From NCBI GenBank assembly GCA_016234405.1, contig JACRCC010000048.1, positions 28,968 through 92,967 of the forward strand: 64,000 bases of DNA. Direction: 5' to 3'. The position numbers and the translations under genes were made by a program. The number at the start of each line of letters is the position of its first letter. Positions within the stretch are counted from its first letter, which is position 1. This DNA is from Deltaproteobacteria bacterium. GTDB lineage: Bacteria > Desulfobacterota > GWC2-55-46. The notes under the pieces are model-generated. The model made no database searches and was not told where the DNA came from. It was given only the letters and a program-made list of their open reading frames with translations. Shown here piece by piece: positions 55,052 to 64,000 of this stretch.

Positions 55052-56626
55052 TCAAAAGCCCCCTCCGGCGAAGGGGGCTTTCCCCCCCTTCAGACGCGCG
55101 GCAAGGCGGCCTGCGGCGTCCGTCAAGACGGTCATCTCCTCAACCTTAAAAAGATAAGATAACATAAAATAAACGAACGCACCGGAAAAAACCGTCAAGG
55201 CTAACGCCGAAAAGTCATGACCAATTCCCCCTGAAACCCTCCCCAAACCCGATAGACCAATACATCCGGCGAACAACCGCACGGCAACCCCCATTATCGC
55301 GGCGCACACGCAATGGATTAAAAACCCCTTTAAGATATTCGCGCACACAGCTATACGAAGCCGCCTGAAGAGCCAAACGCCAAGGACAGTCATGTGCAAG
55401 GTCGTTACGACGGAAAAGGCCAGAGGGATGCCGATGAAACCGAATGCCGCGCTAAAGGTAACTATGAGGACGATGCTGAGGACGATTATCAGACCGGCTA
55501 TCACGCTCAACATCTTTATCTCTTTAAGGGCATAAAACACCCTGCTCATGACGTTGACCGCCGCGAAACCGAATATGCTGAATGCGTAGAAAAACAGGGC
55601 GCTGGAAGTAACCTCCGTAGACCTATGGACAAACGCCCCCCTTTCAAAAAGGATCCTCACTATCGGCTCACGGAGGATGAGCAACGCGACCGTAAAAGGC
55701 ACGGCGAAAAACGAGACGAACCTAAGCCCCTTCAAGACCGCGCCGCCGAGCGCCTCCGGGTCTTTGGCGGCGGCAATCTCGGAAAACGCCGGCAGGACCA
55801 CGGGCATGGCCCCGAGGATGAAAAGGTTGACAGGCATATTGACTATCTTGAAGGCGAAGTTGAGCGCCGAGATGCTCCCCTCCTCAAGTCCGGACGCAAC
55901 CCCCCTCTCGACCATGATGTTCACATAGTGAAAGAGCGTTACGATGAGGAGAGGATATACGAGGACGACGCTCTCCATGAGCGCTGGATTATTTACGCGG
56001 GCGCACAACCTGTAGCCCAGCCCACACCTCAAAAAAAGATATGCAAGTATTATGATAAAGACGGCAGCGCCCGTTATAAAGCCGACCGGCATCGAGAATA
56101 CGCCGACGGCGTCTTTCAAAACTACAATGGCCGCGATGACAAAGAGATAATTAATTGTCTTGCCGAGGGCCGGCAGGATGAAATGCCCGTGCGCGTTGAG
56201 CCTATTGGACATAAGCGTGGATATGGGAATCAGCACGAGCAGGATGAGCATGAGCCTTGTGAGCGCGACTGTCACGGAGAGCGCCTCGTGCGTGAAACCT
56301 CCGGCAACGACGTCAATGAGAAGGGGCGTAAAATAAAAGGCGGCTGCGGCCATGATAACGGACGAAACTACAATCACGTTTGCCGCTGCGCTGAAGAACT
56401 CGTCCCCGTTGCCTGCGCTTTTATCCGACGCGTATACCGGGACGAAGACTGAATTTATGCCGAGCACAAACATATCGGCAATGAGCGTCGGTATCACGAA
56501 CGCAAGGTAATACGCGTCGCTCCTCCAAGACGTGCCGAAGTAGCCTGCGATGAGGACGTCGGCGGCAAAGGCAAGCAAAGTTCCGATGAATGCGGCGGTT
56601 ATGGTTAATGTTATAGCCCTTATCAT
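55052..56626 (-). CDS. MurJ/MviN-like MOP-superfamily flippase (lipid-linked oligosaccharide translocase)
   Basis: The N-terminus …LAFAADVLIAGYFGTSWRSDAYYLAFVIPTLIADMF… parallels MurJ ([29 protein letters not shown]). About 14 TM helices. Confidence 0.55.
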   Translation of the reverse strand: MIRAITLTITAAFIGTLLAFAADVLIAGYFGTSWRSDAYYLAFVIPTLIADMFVLGINSVFVPVYASDKSAGNGDEFFSAAANVIVVSSVIMAAAAFYFTPLLIDVVAGGFTHEALSVTVALTRLMLILLVLIPISTLMSNRLNAHGHFILPALGKTINYLFVIAAIVVLKDAVGVFSMPVGFITGAAVFIIILAYLFLRCGLGYRLCARVNNPALMESVVLVYPLLIVTLFHYVNIMVERGVASGLEEGSISALNFAFKIVNMPVNLFILGAMPVVLPAFSEIAAAKDPEALGGAVLKGLRFVSFFAVPFTVALLILREPIVRILFERGAFVHRSTEVTSSALFFYAFSIFGFAAVNVMSRVFYALKEIKMLSVIAGLIIVLSIVLIVTFSAAFGFIGIPLAFSVVTTLHMTVLGVWLFRRLRIAVCANILKGFLIHCVCAAIMGVAVRLFAGCIGLSGLGRVSGGIGHDFSALALTVFSGAFVYFMLSYLFKVEEMTVLTDAAGRLAARLKGGKAPFAGGGF

Positions 56627-58032
56627 CGCTCGGTCTCCGGCGCTAATCCGTCCCGTCCCGCGCCGCTCGCGTTGAAAAACGCCCTCCAGCCGAATGCGAT
56701 AGAGAGATACACAAGAGGCAGCAGTTGAATTGTGAGCCTGTCAAAACTCGTGTCTATGTTGGATTTCAACTCAAGCGGCGTTACGAGATAGACGAGTATG
56801 TAAAACGAAAACTGTATCCAGAGGAGCGCCTGCACGAAGGCGTATTCCCCGTTTTTACGAAGCGACCTATAACTCACAAGCGTCCCAACCGCGTAAAGCG
56901 CCCAAGAGATATGGTATTTGTTGGCCGTAAAGAGTTTAGGGACGATGGTCTTTACGATAAACGGCAACCTATCGAGATTTGAAAAAACCGCTGCCGCGGA
57001 AAAATCCGACACGAGGCTCTCGGAGAGTCTGGGCAGCGCCGCCTTGAAAGCCAGCCACGGCAAGACTACAACGGCGCAGAGCAAGAGACCGTAAAAGACA
57101 CCCCGCGCTCCAATCTTTTTATCTTTAAAAACCGCATAGCCGGAGATAAGCGCAAACGCCGCAAGGAGAAATGTCAGACCCTCGTTCTTGACGTTAGCGC
57201 CAAAGGTCAAAAACAAAACCGCAAGAAGGTAATCCCGCCTCGTCCTGCTTCGCATATACGCCAAGCCAAACCCTGCGGCGCATAAAAAATAGACCGCAAG
57301 AGGAAGGTCCGCATAACCTACGCCGGTAAGCCCTCCCTGCTCCATCACCCTCGGGACAGTGGCAAGCATCGCGGTCAATATAAGCGCGGTTTTACGCGAA
57401 ATTATCTCTCTCGAAAAACAATAAAATGACCCAAGCATGCACCAGTAAAAAAGGACAAAGATGAATTTAACCGCCTGATCGTCGGCATAGCCCATCGTCG
57501 TCCATGAAAAGGCAACCGCAAGCGGTATGGTAAGCGGATACGTGTATGTGCCGGGGTTGCCGTTGCTGTAGACCGTATTAAGGAAAAAATCGTGTCCAAC
57601 CGTGCGGTCTGCAAAAAAAACCTTGGCCTTCATGAACCATATAACCCATGCGTCAAACCCCTGCACGGGAAGCGAGACGGAATTAGCGGCGGAAAAGACG
57701 GCCTGAATGACGATAACGAATATGAGGAAAAACTCGAACGCGCCGAGGCGCCCCTGCGACTTACAAGGAGTCTCGTTGTCTCTCGCCGTTGACTTGAAGG
57801 CGGATACGACGACAAATACGGCGAACCACGGAACGGAAATCGCAAAAAAGCCGAATGGAATCCCTGTGAGCGAATAGAAAAACATCTGCAGCGTTACCGC
57901 GCTCACCCCCAAAGGATACGCCGTCAAAAGACGCATCCTGAGCGGCAGGCCCAAGAGCGCGCCGAGGGCGGCCCCGGCAACAAAAAAAACGGCTATCGAG
58001 AGGGCAAGGCCGAATATCCCCATCACGACCAA
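56623..58032 (-). CDS. polytopic integral membrane protein, unknown (O-antigen ligase/polymerase-like or GT-C candidate)
   Basis: 469 aa, 10 or more TM helices. Operon position is between the flippase and the phosphoglycosyltransferase. Confidence 0.3.
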   Translation of the reverse strand: MVVMGIFGLALSIAVFFVAGAALGALLGLPLRMRLLTAYPLGVSAVTLQMFFYSLTGIPFGFFAISVPWFAVFVVVSAFKSTARDNETPCKSQGRLGAFEFFLIFVIVIQAVFSAANSVSLPVQGFDAWVIWFMKAKVFFADRTVGHDFFLNTVYSNGNPGTYTYPLTIPLAVAFSWTTMGYADDQAVKFIFVLFYWCMLGSFYCFSREIISRKTALILTAMLATVPRVMEQGGLTGVGYADLPLAVYFLCAAGFGLAYMRSRTRRDYLLAVLFLTFGANVKNEGLTFLLAAFALISGYAVFKDKKIGARGVFYGLLLCAVVVLPWLAFKAALPRLSESLVSDFSAAAVFSNLDRLPFIVKTIVPKLFTANKYHISWALYAVGTLVSYRSLRKNGEYAFVQALLWIQFSFYILVYLVTPLELKSNIDTSFDRLTIQLLPLVYLSIAFGWRAFFNASGAGRDGLAPETER

Positions 58033-58535
58033 GCCCTCGACGGGGGAATAACCCCCTTGATCTTGTATATGGCCCAGTTGTCTGCGCCGGAAATCCTCAC
58101 GAGGAGGGGGTTCTTGTCTAACTTATGCAAGGTTTCGGCAGGTGCGCCTAATGCGGTAATTCCCCCCTCGTTGAGATAAACGGCCAAATAGCCGTTTTTG
58201 AGAATTTCTGAGTCTTTGATGTCGTTGAAATTGTTTACGGGCGTTATCCTGCGCGGATATGTGTAATAAACGGCCTTCCTGAAGCGCGTGACGCTCTCAA
58301 AGAGAAAAAGCACCGAGGCGTCAGGGGGCGTTTTGGAAGTCAACTCAACGGCGAACTTGTAGACCGGCCCGTCAACCGCGAGCTTTTTCTCTTCAACCGT
58401 CATGGAAAGATTGGCCGGGATTTTTATGACCGCCTTTATCTCCTTCTCGAAAAGGGAGACGTTCAAGGCGAGCCAGAGCGCGGTAATCGCCGCTAAGGAC
58501 AAAGCCTCTTTTTTATCGGCAGAAAAACGTCTCAT
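58023..58535 (-). CDS. hypothetical membrane-anchored periplasmic protein (start taken at MRRFSA)
   Basis: One TM helix LSLAAITALWLALNVSL. No family recognised. Confidence 0.3.
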   Translation of the reverse strand: MRRFSADKKEALSLAAITALWLALNVSLFEKEIKAVIKIPANLSMTVEEKKLAVDGPVYKFAVELTSKTPPDASVLFLFESVTRFRKAVYYTYPRRITPVNNFNDIKDSEILKNGYLAVYLNEGGITALGAPAETLHKLDKNPLLVRISGADNWAIYKIKGVIPPSRAWS

Positions 58536-58539
58536 GGTC

Positions 58540-59949
58540 TCAGCGCGCGCCCCTTCCGAACATGACCGCAGGTATGGTCTTGACGAGTATCTTGAAGTCG
58601 AGCCAGAGGCTCCAGTTGTCAATGTATTGGAGGTCGAGCCGCATCCAGTCCTCGAATGCGATTTCATTTCTGCCGCTGACCTGCCATATGCACGTTAGCC
58701 CCGGCTTCATCGAAAGCCTCCTCCTCTGCCACCTCTCGTATCTGGCGACCTCTTGCGCGATGGGGGGCCTCGGCCCCACTATGCTCATGTCGCCGCGCAG
58801 CACGTTCCAGAGCTGCGGCAGTTCGTCAAGGCTCATCTTTCTAAGCGCCCTGCCCACGCGGGTTATCCTTGGGTCGTTTTTCATCTTGAAGACGGGTCCG
58901 TCCATCTCGTTCAAGCCCCTCACGTCCGGGAGCCTCTTTTCGGCGTCAATGTACATTGACCTAAACTTATACATGCTGAAAGGCCTGCCGTTTATCCCGC
59001 ATCTTTTCTGGACGAACAATACCGGCCCTTTTGAGTCGGCCTTGACGATGAGCGCTATCAGGGCTATGAAGGGCGCGCCTACGACGAGAAAAACAAACGA
59101 CAAGACTACGTCAATGACGCGCTTCATGAACAGCGCGGCTTCGTCCGTGGGCAGCGTCGTGAAGGTGAGGAGAGGTGTGTCTTCAAACTCTTCTATCTGG
59201 ACCTTGGCTATCATGTGCGGGAATACGCTCAAGGCCATCCGCGCGTTTATCCCGTGGTCCTCGAGCATCAAAAAAACGTCTTCGAGTCCTGCGGCCTTTT
59301 CGCGCGAAACCACGAATATAACCTCGTCCACCACGTGCCTGCGGATAACTTCCTCGATGGTGGATATGCCGCCGAGAACAGGGACGCGGCCGCGTGTCTC
59401 AGGCGCGTTCCCCTCCGATATGAAACCGAGAAAGTTTAGTCCGAGAGCCTTGTGCCCTTTTATGAGTTCCGCCATCCTGACCGCTTGTGGAGAGTCGCCG
59501 ACGACGACGGCGTTTTTGACGTTCATGGGTCTTCTCATCCATGCGTGAACAAGCGGCCTCACGAGCGCCCTGCCCAATACAAGCGCCGCAAAGTTGACTG
59601 CGCCGAATATAATCAGGAAAAGACGGGAGAAGTAGATTGACTTGGTGAGGAATATTACGGCCGTGAGCGCAACGACGCCGGCAACGGAGGACCCAAGCAT
59701 CCGTGCGGTCTCGTTAGTAAGGGAAAACTTGTAGCCTATCCTGTAGCCCCCCGAATAATAAAGAGCGGCGGTCCATATCGGGACGATAAAGGGCATGAGC
59801 CACGCATACTCGGAAAACGGGAAGAGACTTTCATACGTCGAAAACCACTGACCCCTTATCAGGTAGGCCGCGTAAAAAGAGACGGCTGTAAAGACGATGT
59901 CCGACACATAGAGGGTCAGGGCCGCGGATTTTAACTTCTTTTTAACCAC
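58540..59949 (-). CDS. polyprenyl-phosphate hexose-1-phosphate transferase (WbaP/bacterial sugar transferase family), initiating enzyme
   Basis: N-terminal TM bundle; central segment; C-terminal catalytic domain with …FVQKRCGINGRPFSMYKFRSM…DELPQLWNVLRGDMSIVGPRP. Confidence 0.75.
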   Translation of the reverse strand: MVKKKLKSAALTLYVSDIVFTAVSFYAAYLIRGQWFSTYESLFPFSEYAWLMPFIVPIWTAALYYSGGYRIGYKFSLTNETARMLGSSVAGVVALTAVIFLTKSIYFSRLFLIIFGAVNFAALVLGRALVRPLVHAWMRRPMNVKNAVVVGDSPQAVRMAELIKGHKALGLNFLGFISEGNAPETRGRVPVLGGISTIEEVIRRHVVDEVIFVVSREKAAGLEDVFLMLEDHGINARMALSVFPHMIAKVQIEEFEDTPLLTFTTLPTDEAALFMKRVIDVVLSFVFLVVGAPFIALIALIVKADSKGPVLFVQKRCGINGRPFSMYKFRSMYIDAEKRLPDVRGLNEMDGPVFKMKNDPRITRVGRALRKMSLDELPQLWNVLRGDMSIVGPRPPIAQEVARYERWQRRRLSMKPGLTCIWQVSGRNEIAFEDWMRLDLQYIDNWSLWLDFKILVKTIPAVMFGRGAR

Positions 59950-61090
59950 GGCCGTGCCCCGCGGTCTTATTGCCTTTTGAATTCAAGGCGGCGTATTTGT
60001 CCATGATAAAAGACGTTAATCTTTTCATAAACACCGGCGTGTCGAATTTGAGCGCGTGGGCGCGAAGCTTTTGAGGGTCGAAGTTGTCCCGTCCGTCTTC
60101 CACGCGCCTTACTGCCCCGGCAAGCGCCTCCGGCGTCGCATCATTGAAAAAGACCCCGGTAGTCCCGGCGATTACGGTATCGAGCGCGCCGCCGGCCTTG
60201 TATGCTATGACCGGCCTGCCTGCGGCATTGGCCTCGAGCGGGGCTATGCCGAAGTCCTCTTCGCCTGGAAATACAAGCGCCCGGCAATTAGAATAATACC
60301 CGGCCACATCGGCGTCGCTGAAGCGTCCGAGGAATTCGATGTTCGGCTTCGCAAGTCTTTTAAGCTCTCCGGCGTATGGCCCGTCTCCGATAATCTTCAG
60401 CGGAAGGCCGAGTTTATTGAAGGCCTCCACCGCAAGCTCGATTTTTTTATACGGGTTGAGCCTCGACACTATAAGGTAATAACCCTGCGGCCTCGGCGAT
60501 ATTTTGAAACGTGAAACATCCACCGGCGGGAAAATAACGTTGGCATCCGTGCCGTAAAAATCCTCTATCCTTTTTTTAACCGCGTTAGATATTGCGACGT
60601 AATAATCCGGCCTGTCCTTTGTAGCGACGTCCCACGCCTTCAACCTTTTTATCAAAAGCGGCAAGGCGCTGCGCGTTACCGTCCCAAAACCTTCCCTCTC
60701 GACGTATCTCGCGTAATCCCACGCGAACCTCATGGGCGTGTAGCAGTAACATACATGGAGCGCGTCCGCCCCCTTTTTCGCGCCCTTCGCAAACGCGCTC
60801 GATGAACTTATGACAATGTCGTATCCGTCGAGTTTTATGGTCTCGATTGCCTTTGGGTAGAGCATCAGATATTTTTTGAAATACTTTTTTATTCCCGGAA
60901 GCCTCTGCATCCACGTGGGTCTGATGTCCGCGTCCTTTAATTCAGGCCAGAGATTATCGTAATCCACTATCGTGGTGTAAATAGGCGCATCAGGGAACAT
61001 CTTGTGCATGACCGCGACCACGCGCTCGGCCCCGCCCCTTTGATTGAGGTAATCGTGCACTATGGCAATCTTAGGTAAACGCGCCATCAC
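59942..61090 (-). CDS. glycosyltransferase family 4
   Basis: KIAIVHDYLNQRGGAERVV N-terminus and GT-B fold; C-terminal FPGEEDFGIAPLEANAAGRPVIAY. Confidence 0.7.
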   Translation of the reverse strand: MMARLPKIAIVHDYLNQRGGAERVVAVMHKMFPDAPIYTTIVDYDNLWPELKDADIRPTWMQRLPGIKKYFKKYLMLYPKAIETIKLDGYDIVISSSSAFAKGAKKGADALHVCYCYTPMRFAWDYARYVEREGFGTVTRSALPLLIKRLKAWDVATKDRPDYYVAISNAVKKRIEDFYGTDANVIFPPVDVSRFKISPRPQGYYLIVSRLNPYKKIELAVEAFNKLGLPLKIIGDGPYAGELKRLAKPNIEFLGRFSDADVAGYYSNCRALVFPGEEDFGIAPLEANAAGRPVIAYKAGGALDTVIAGTTGVFFNDATPEALAGAVRRVEDGRDNFDPQKLRAHALKFDTPVFMKRLTSFIMDKYAALNSKGNKTAGHGRG

Positions 61091-61223
61091 ATTCCGTTGT
61101 AACCCCGCCGATTTTCAACAAAAAAAACGGATATTAGTCGGATATTTTAACACTAAACGGCGGGAAAAAGAAAGGTGTTTGATGGGGGGAGACAGGGGCG
61201 GCACACCACTGCGTCAATACGGC

Positions 61224-61799
61224 TCATGGCCGGGCAGGAGGGTCTTCCTTCCCGACGCACTTACACCCGCTACGATCTCCTTGGTGGGCGCCGAGTCCTT
61301 TACATTGAGCCTGATATTGCTGGTATGCCAGATAGCCGTCCATGGCAGGTTCCGTGTATACGACCTTATCGCGCTCAACGTCGAATATGACATCCTCAAT
61401 TGCGATGCGCCCCCACCATATCCTCATGAACAGCAATTTTTCATTGACCCACCTTACATCAGAGACGCCTCTTTCGTCGCTTATCTTGATTATGGTTAGA
61501 CTGTCCTTCTCGGCATAAATAGATATCCGTGCTTCGAGTCTGAACCATTCGGTTTTAAAGGAGTATGCCTTGTTTGGCGATACATTTTCAAACCTGACGG
61601 GTTTTTCCAGCTTGATTTTTTCGATTTTGAAATTTTCCTTCAGTCTCTTCCAATCGTCCGCGCTGTGAACCACGCGCGCCTCCGGCCAGCAGTCCGGCGG
61701 CAAGCCGGGCCAGAGTCCCTCGGCAACGGCTTTATTCGGCAATACAAACATGGCCGCTAAAAGAGAACACCATTTAACTCTCGAAAATCTTTCTTCCAT
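61224..61799 (-). CDS. hypothetical secreted protein
   Basis: Signal-peptide-like WCSLLAAMFVLPNKAVA. No recognisable domain. Confidence 0.3.
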   Translation of the reverse strand: MEERFSRVKWCSLLAAMFVLPNKAVAEGLWPGLPPDCWPEARVVHSADDWKRLKENFKIEKIKLEKPVRFENVSPNKAYSFKTEWFRLEARISIYAEKDSLTIIKISDERGVSDVRWVNEKLLFMRIWWGRIAIEDVIFDVERDKVVYTEPAMDGYLAYQQYQAQCKGLGAHQGDRSGCKCVGKEDPPARP

Positions 61800-61858
61800 G
61801 CCTTCACATCTAACGTGAGTTTGTCAGGTTGTAGGGTGGGCTACGCCTTTTTTTCTGC

Positions 61859-62122
61859 CTATAATTTCTCTTCTTGAAGTTTTTCCTGAACCCAAAGATT
61901 GAGCAGGGTGTCGGCGGTAACGCCGCGTCTTTGGGCGACATCTTGAATGCGCCCGGAGAGCGTCTTGTCCACCGCAAAATATGTAATCTCGGACTTAATG
62001 TCTACTTCAAAAGACGCGTCCTTTGTCTTATCCCAGAAGTCGGACAAGTCGTTGGCATCCCAGAACTCGCCGATTTCCCTATACGATGAAGCCTGTGATA
62101 CTGAACTCCTATGCTTTCTCAT
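61859..62122 (-). CDS. brnA: BrnA-like antitoxin (CopG/RHH family)
   Basis: 87 aa, overlapping the 3' end of the BrnT-like gene. C-terminal RGVTADTLLNLWVQEKLQEE is typical of BrnA. Confidence 0.45.
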   Translation of the reverse strand: MRKHRSSVSQASSYREIGEFWDANDLSDFWDKTKDASFEVDIKSEITYFAVDKTLSGRIQDVAQRRGVTADTLLNLWVQEKLQEEKL

Positions 62123-62393
62123 ATTGTCTCCTTTCCGCCTTCGTCATATCGCGGCCCGAAAGTATCAATGCGCGTCCATCAGGCTTACGGACAAAAAAAA
62201 CGATTAAGCGGCGGCCGCCGTCGGCCTTGCCCATTGCCGCGTAAACATCCTCACCCGGGCGGTGCCCTTTCTCGACAAATTTAAACAATGGTTTGTTGGA
62301 TAATATCTCTCTGACCTCATCTTGATGGAGATTGTGTTTTCGCAGTAATTTTTCAACGATATCATCAATCCAGATGATTCCATTGATCCTCAA
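62109..62393 (-). CDS. brnT: BrnT-like toxin (DUF497 ribonuclease toxin)
   Basis: MRINGIIWIDDIVEKLLRKHNLHQDEVREIL…GRRLIVFFVRKPDGRALILSGRDMTKAERRQYE fits BrnT (…W…KH.v…E…R…G….v…R……iISAR.…E…Y). Confidence 0.55.
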   Translation of the reverse strand: MRINGIIWIDDIVEKLLRKHNLHQDEVREILSNKPLFKFVEKGHRPGEDVYAAMGKADGGRRLIVFFVRKPDGRALILSGRDMTKAERRQYEKA

Positions 62394-62465
62394 ATTTCAG
62401 CCCCTTCAATTACGGATATTAGCGTTAACTCCACCAAATCTTATCATTTCCCGGTAGTTTTGTCA

Positions 62466-63572
62466 TCACGAATCCAGCGCATCCCTATAGACGGCAAGCG
62501 TCTTTTCCGCGCAGGCGGCCCACGAAAAGAGCGCGGCCCGCGTAAAACCCTTCTCGCGCATCTCGCTCCTTAACGTCTCGCTGCCAAGCACCCTGTCAAT
62601 CGCCCCTGCTATCGCGCCGGTGTCCGTCGGGTCAACCATAATACCGGCGTCCCCGACGACCTCCGGCAGGGACGTTACGTTCGAGCTTACGACCGGGCAT
62701 CCGCAGGCAAAGGCCTCGAGCGGAGGGAGGCCAAAGCCCTCGAAGAGCGAAGGAAAGACAAAAACTCGAGCCATGGAATAGAGGACGGGCAAATCGTCTT
62801 CCTCGGCCTCTCCGATGAATTGCACCCTGCCCTTTACGCCAAACCTCTCGACTGATGCGTAAACATCCGCCCGTCTCTCCTCGACTTTCCCGGTCAGCAC
62901 AAAGGCGCACCCGTGCGCATTTTTGAGGCGTGAATACGCCTCGATAAGACGCACGAGATTTTTTCGCGGCTGGTGGCTGCCGGCGTAAAAGATATATTCT
63001 CCTTTAATTCCGTACTTCTCCCTCACCTCAGAGCGCCTTTTGCCGTCTTTCTCAGGTTTGAACATTTCGCCCACCCCGTTCGGGATGGCCGTAACCTTCG
63101 CCGTGTCAACGCCAAGATGCGCGATGATGTCATTTTTGGAATACTCGGAATCGGTGATAATCTTGCGCGCCGCGCGTGAAACTATTTTAAACATGACCCG
63201 CGCATAGATATACGCTGCCCTGCTCGGACAAGCGGCGGGGTTTAAATAATAAATAAGGTCGTGTATGGTAACAACCGAGGGCTTGAAGTTCACGACAGGC
63301 ATGTTGAAACTCGGATAATGGAGGATGTCCGCGCCAGTGCCTTTCATCTCAAACGGCAAAAACACCTGCTCGCCCATTGAATAAACCGGGATATTCCGAG
63401 AGGCCTTTATTATTTTGAGATTTTCGATATCCGGAAGCGGGATGTTTTTTTCACCAAGCAGCACGGCGAAGGAATCCCCGGCAGATATCGCGGGCAGGTT
63501 TATGACGAGGTTCTGGATGTAGCGGCCTATGCCGGTATACGTTATCATGCGGCCGTCAATTGCGACTTTCAA
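62466..63572 (-). CDS. glycosyltransferase family 4
   Basis: FPSLFEGFGLPPLEAFACGCPVVSSNVTSLPEVVGD motif; GT-B architecture. Confidence 0.75.
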   Translation of the reverse strand: MKVAIDGRMITYTGIGRYIQNLVINLPAISAGDSFAVLLGEKNIPLPDIENLKIIKASRNIPVYSMGEQVFLPFEMKGTGADILHYPSFNMPVVNFKPSVVTIHDLIYYLNPAACPSRAAYIYARVMFKIVSRAARKIITDSEYSKNDIIAHLGVDTAKVTAIPNGVGEMFKPEKDGKRRSEVREKYGIKGEYIFYAGSHQPRKNLVRLIEAYSRLKNAHGCAFVLTGKVEERRADVYASVERFGVKGRVQFIGEAEEDDLPVLYSMARVFVFPSLFEGFGLPPLEAFACGCPVVSSNVTSLPEVVGDAGIMVDPTDTGAIAGAIDRVLGSETLRSEMREKGFTRAALFSWAACAEKTLAVYRDALDS

Positions 63573-63770
63573 AAAAAATAACCCCCAAAGGAAATCACCC
63601 GTAGAGCCGATGAAAAGGGCTGTCCCCTCTTTTATATCGTTACGGGCGCGGTGTCAACAAGTATAGAGAGATGTGAAATGGCGAGCGGGGACTGAGTTTG
63701 ACGCATCTCAACCTCAGTCCCCGCGTTTATTGGGGAGGATTTTGGGAAGGAACGCAATACCTTTATGCGG

Positions 63771-64000
63771 TCAGACCGCCTTTGAATACGCTGTATCGGA
63801 GTGCCCGGTTGGTTGGATCTTCTTATACTCGTCCATCACGAGGTCTTCGAGCATCTGCCTCGTGGGTTTGTCAAGCGGATGCACGAGGTCCCTGTATGTC
63901 CCGTCCTTCATCTTTTTGGCGGGCATGGCGACAAAAAAACCGGTCGTGCCTTTAATTACCTTCATGTCCCTGATGACGAAGCAGTCGTCGAGCTTTACGG
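63771..64000 (-). CDS. spoVG: SpoVG-family protein (N-terminus lies beyond the window end)
   Basis: …FVIRDMKVIKGTTGFFVAMPAKKMKDGTYRDLVHPLDKPTRQMLEDLVMDEY matches the SpoVG core (hDirvi.g..GlfVaMPsrk..dG.frDiaHPi). The frame stays open to the window edge. Confidence 0.55.
   Translation of the reverse strand, partial: VKLDDCFVIRDMKVIKGTTGFFVAMPAKKMKDGTYRDLVHPLDKPTRQMLEDLVMDEYKKIQPTGHSDTAYSKAV

Noticed and set aside
55394-56452. 352-aa + strand ORF antisense to the MurJ-like flippase
   Set aside because: The product is extremely charged (Asp/Arg/Glu/His-rich) and not membrane-like. The minus frame gives a coherent 14-TM flippase.
58562-59548. 328-aa + strand ORF antisense to the WbaP-like sugar transferase
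   Set aside because: The minus frame contains the conserved bacterial sugar transferase C-terminal domain. The + frame is Ser/Thr/Pro-rich low complexity.
1-64000. CRISPR arrays, rRNA genes, IS/transposase or integrase genes
   Set aside because: No regularly spaced direct repeats were seen, no transposase or integrase-like ORFs, and no rRNA-like conserved stretches. The only RNA gene found is tRNA-Arg.

Overview
High-GC bacterial chromosomal segment; nearly all genes run on the minus strand in long operons. The anaerobe-typical gene content (NapC/NirT tetraheme cytochrome, system-II cytochrome c biogenesis CcsA/ResB, DUF1858, TlpA/ApbE cluster) suggests a delta-proteobacterium-like anaerobe, which is inference only.

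Layout by position:
- 1-3.3 kb: tail end of a prophage-like module. It holds structural-like ORFs, a lysis cassette (small TM proteins flanking an SLT-domain lytic transglycosylase with a SAR-like signal anchor) and an HTH regulator.
- 3.4-4.6 kb: a structured repeat element, a standalone AsnC-type RAM domain, a NapC/NirT cytochrome and tRNA-Arg(CCT).
- 4.6-20.5 kb, the most unusual part: a duplicated pair of YdjM/DUF457-like membrane hydrolases with membrane-anchored winged-helix-like proteins, followed by a ~13.7 kb co-directional operon. The operon encodes three paralogous YfhO-like GT-C membrane glycosyltransferases (two with CBM4/9-like inserts), an SDR, a discoidin-domain lipoprotein, a radical SAM/SPASM enzyme translationally coupled to a secreted LamG protein, and a B12-binding radical SAM enzyme. 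I could not match this combination to a described pathway.
- 20.9-27.7 kb: DUF1858 protein and a TetR-regulated RND/MFP/TolC efflux operon.
- 27.7-30.7 kb: the conserved TlpA-DUF4266-DUF3570-ApbE (FAD:protein FMN transferase) cluster.
- 30.9-34.7 kb: metallophosphoesterase, zinc-ribbon protein, CcsA and ResB.
- 35-45.6 kb: recG, then a pyrR-pyrB-pyrC-carA-carB operon with a PyrR attenuator leader. A solitary MNT-like nucleotidyltransferase and an AT-rich remnant sit between carA and carB.
- 46.2-63.6 kb: a large surface-polysaccharide locus (Ugd, GT9, three SAM methyltransferases, four GT4, WbaP-like phosphoglycosyltransferase, MurJ-like flippase, PMT/ArnT-like GT-C plus further polytopic membrane proteins) with an embedded BrnT/BrnA toxin-antitoxin pair.
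- Window end: partial SpoVG.

Two small intergenic repeat families, each with two copies, were also found. No CRISPR array or rRNA was seen.
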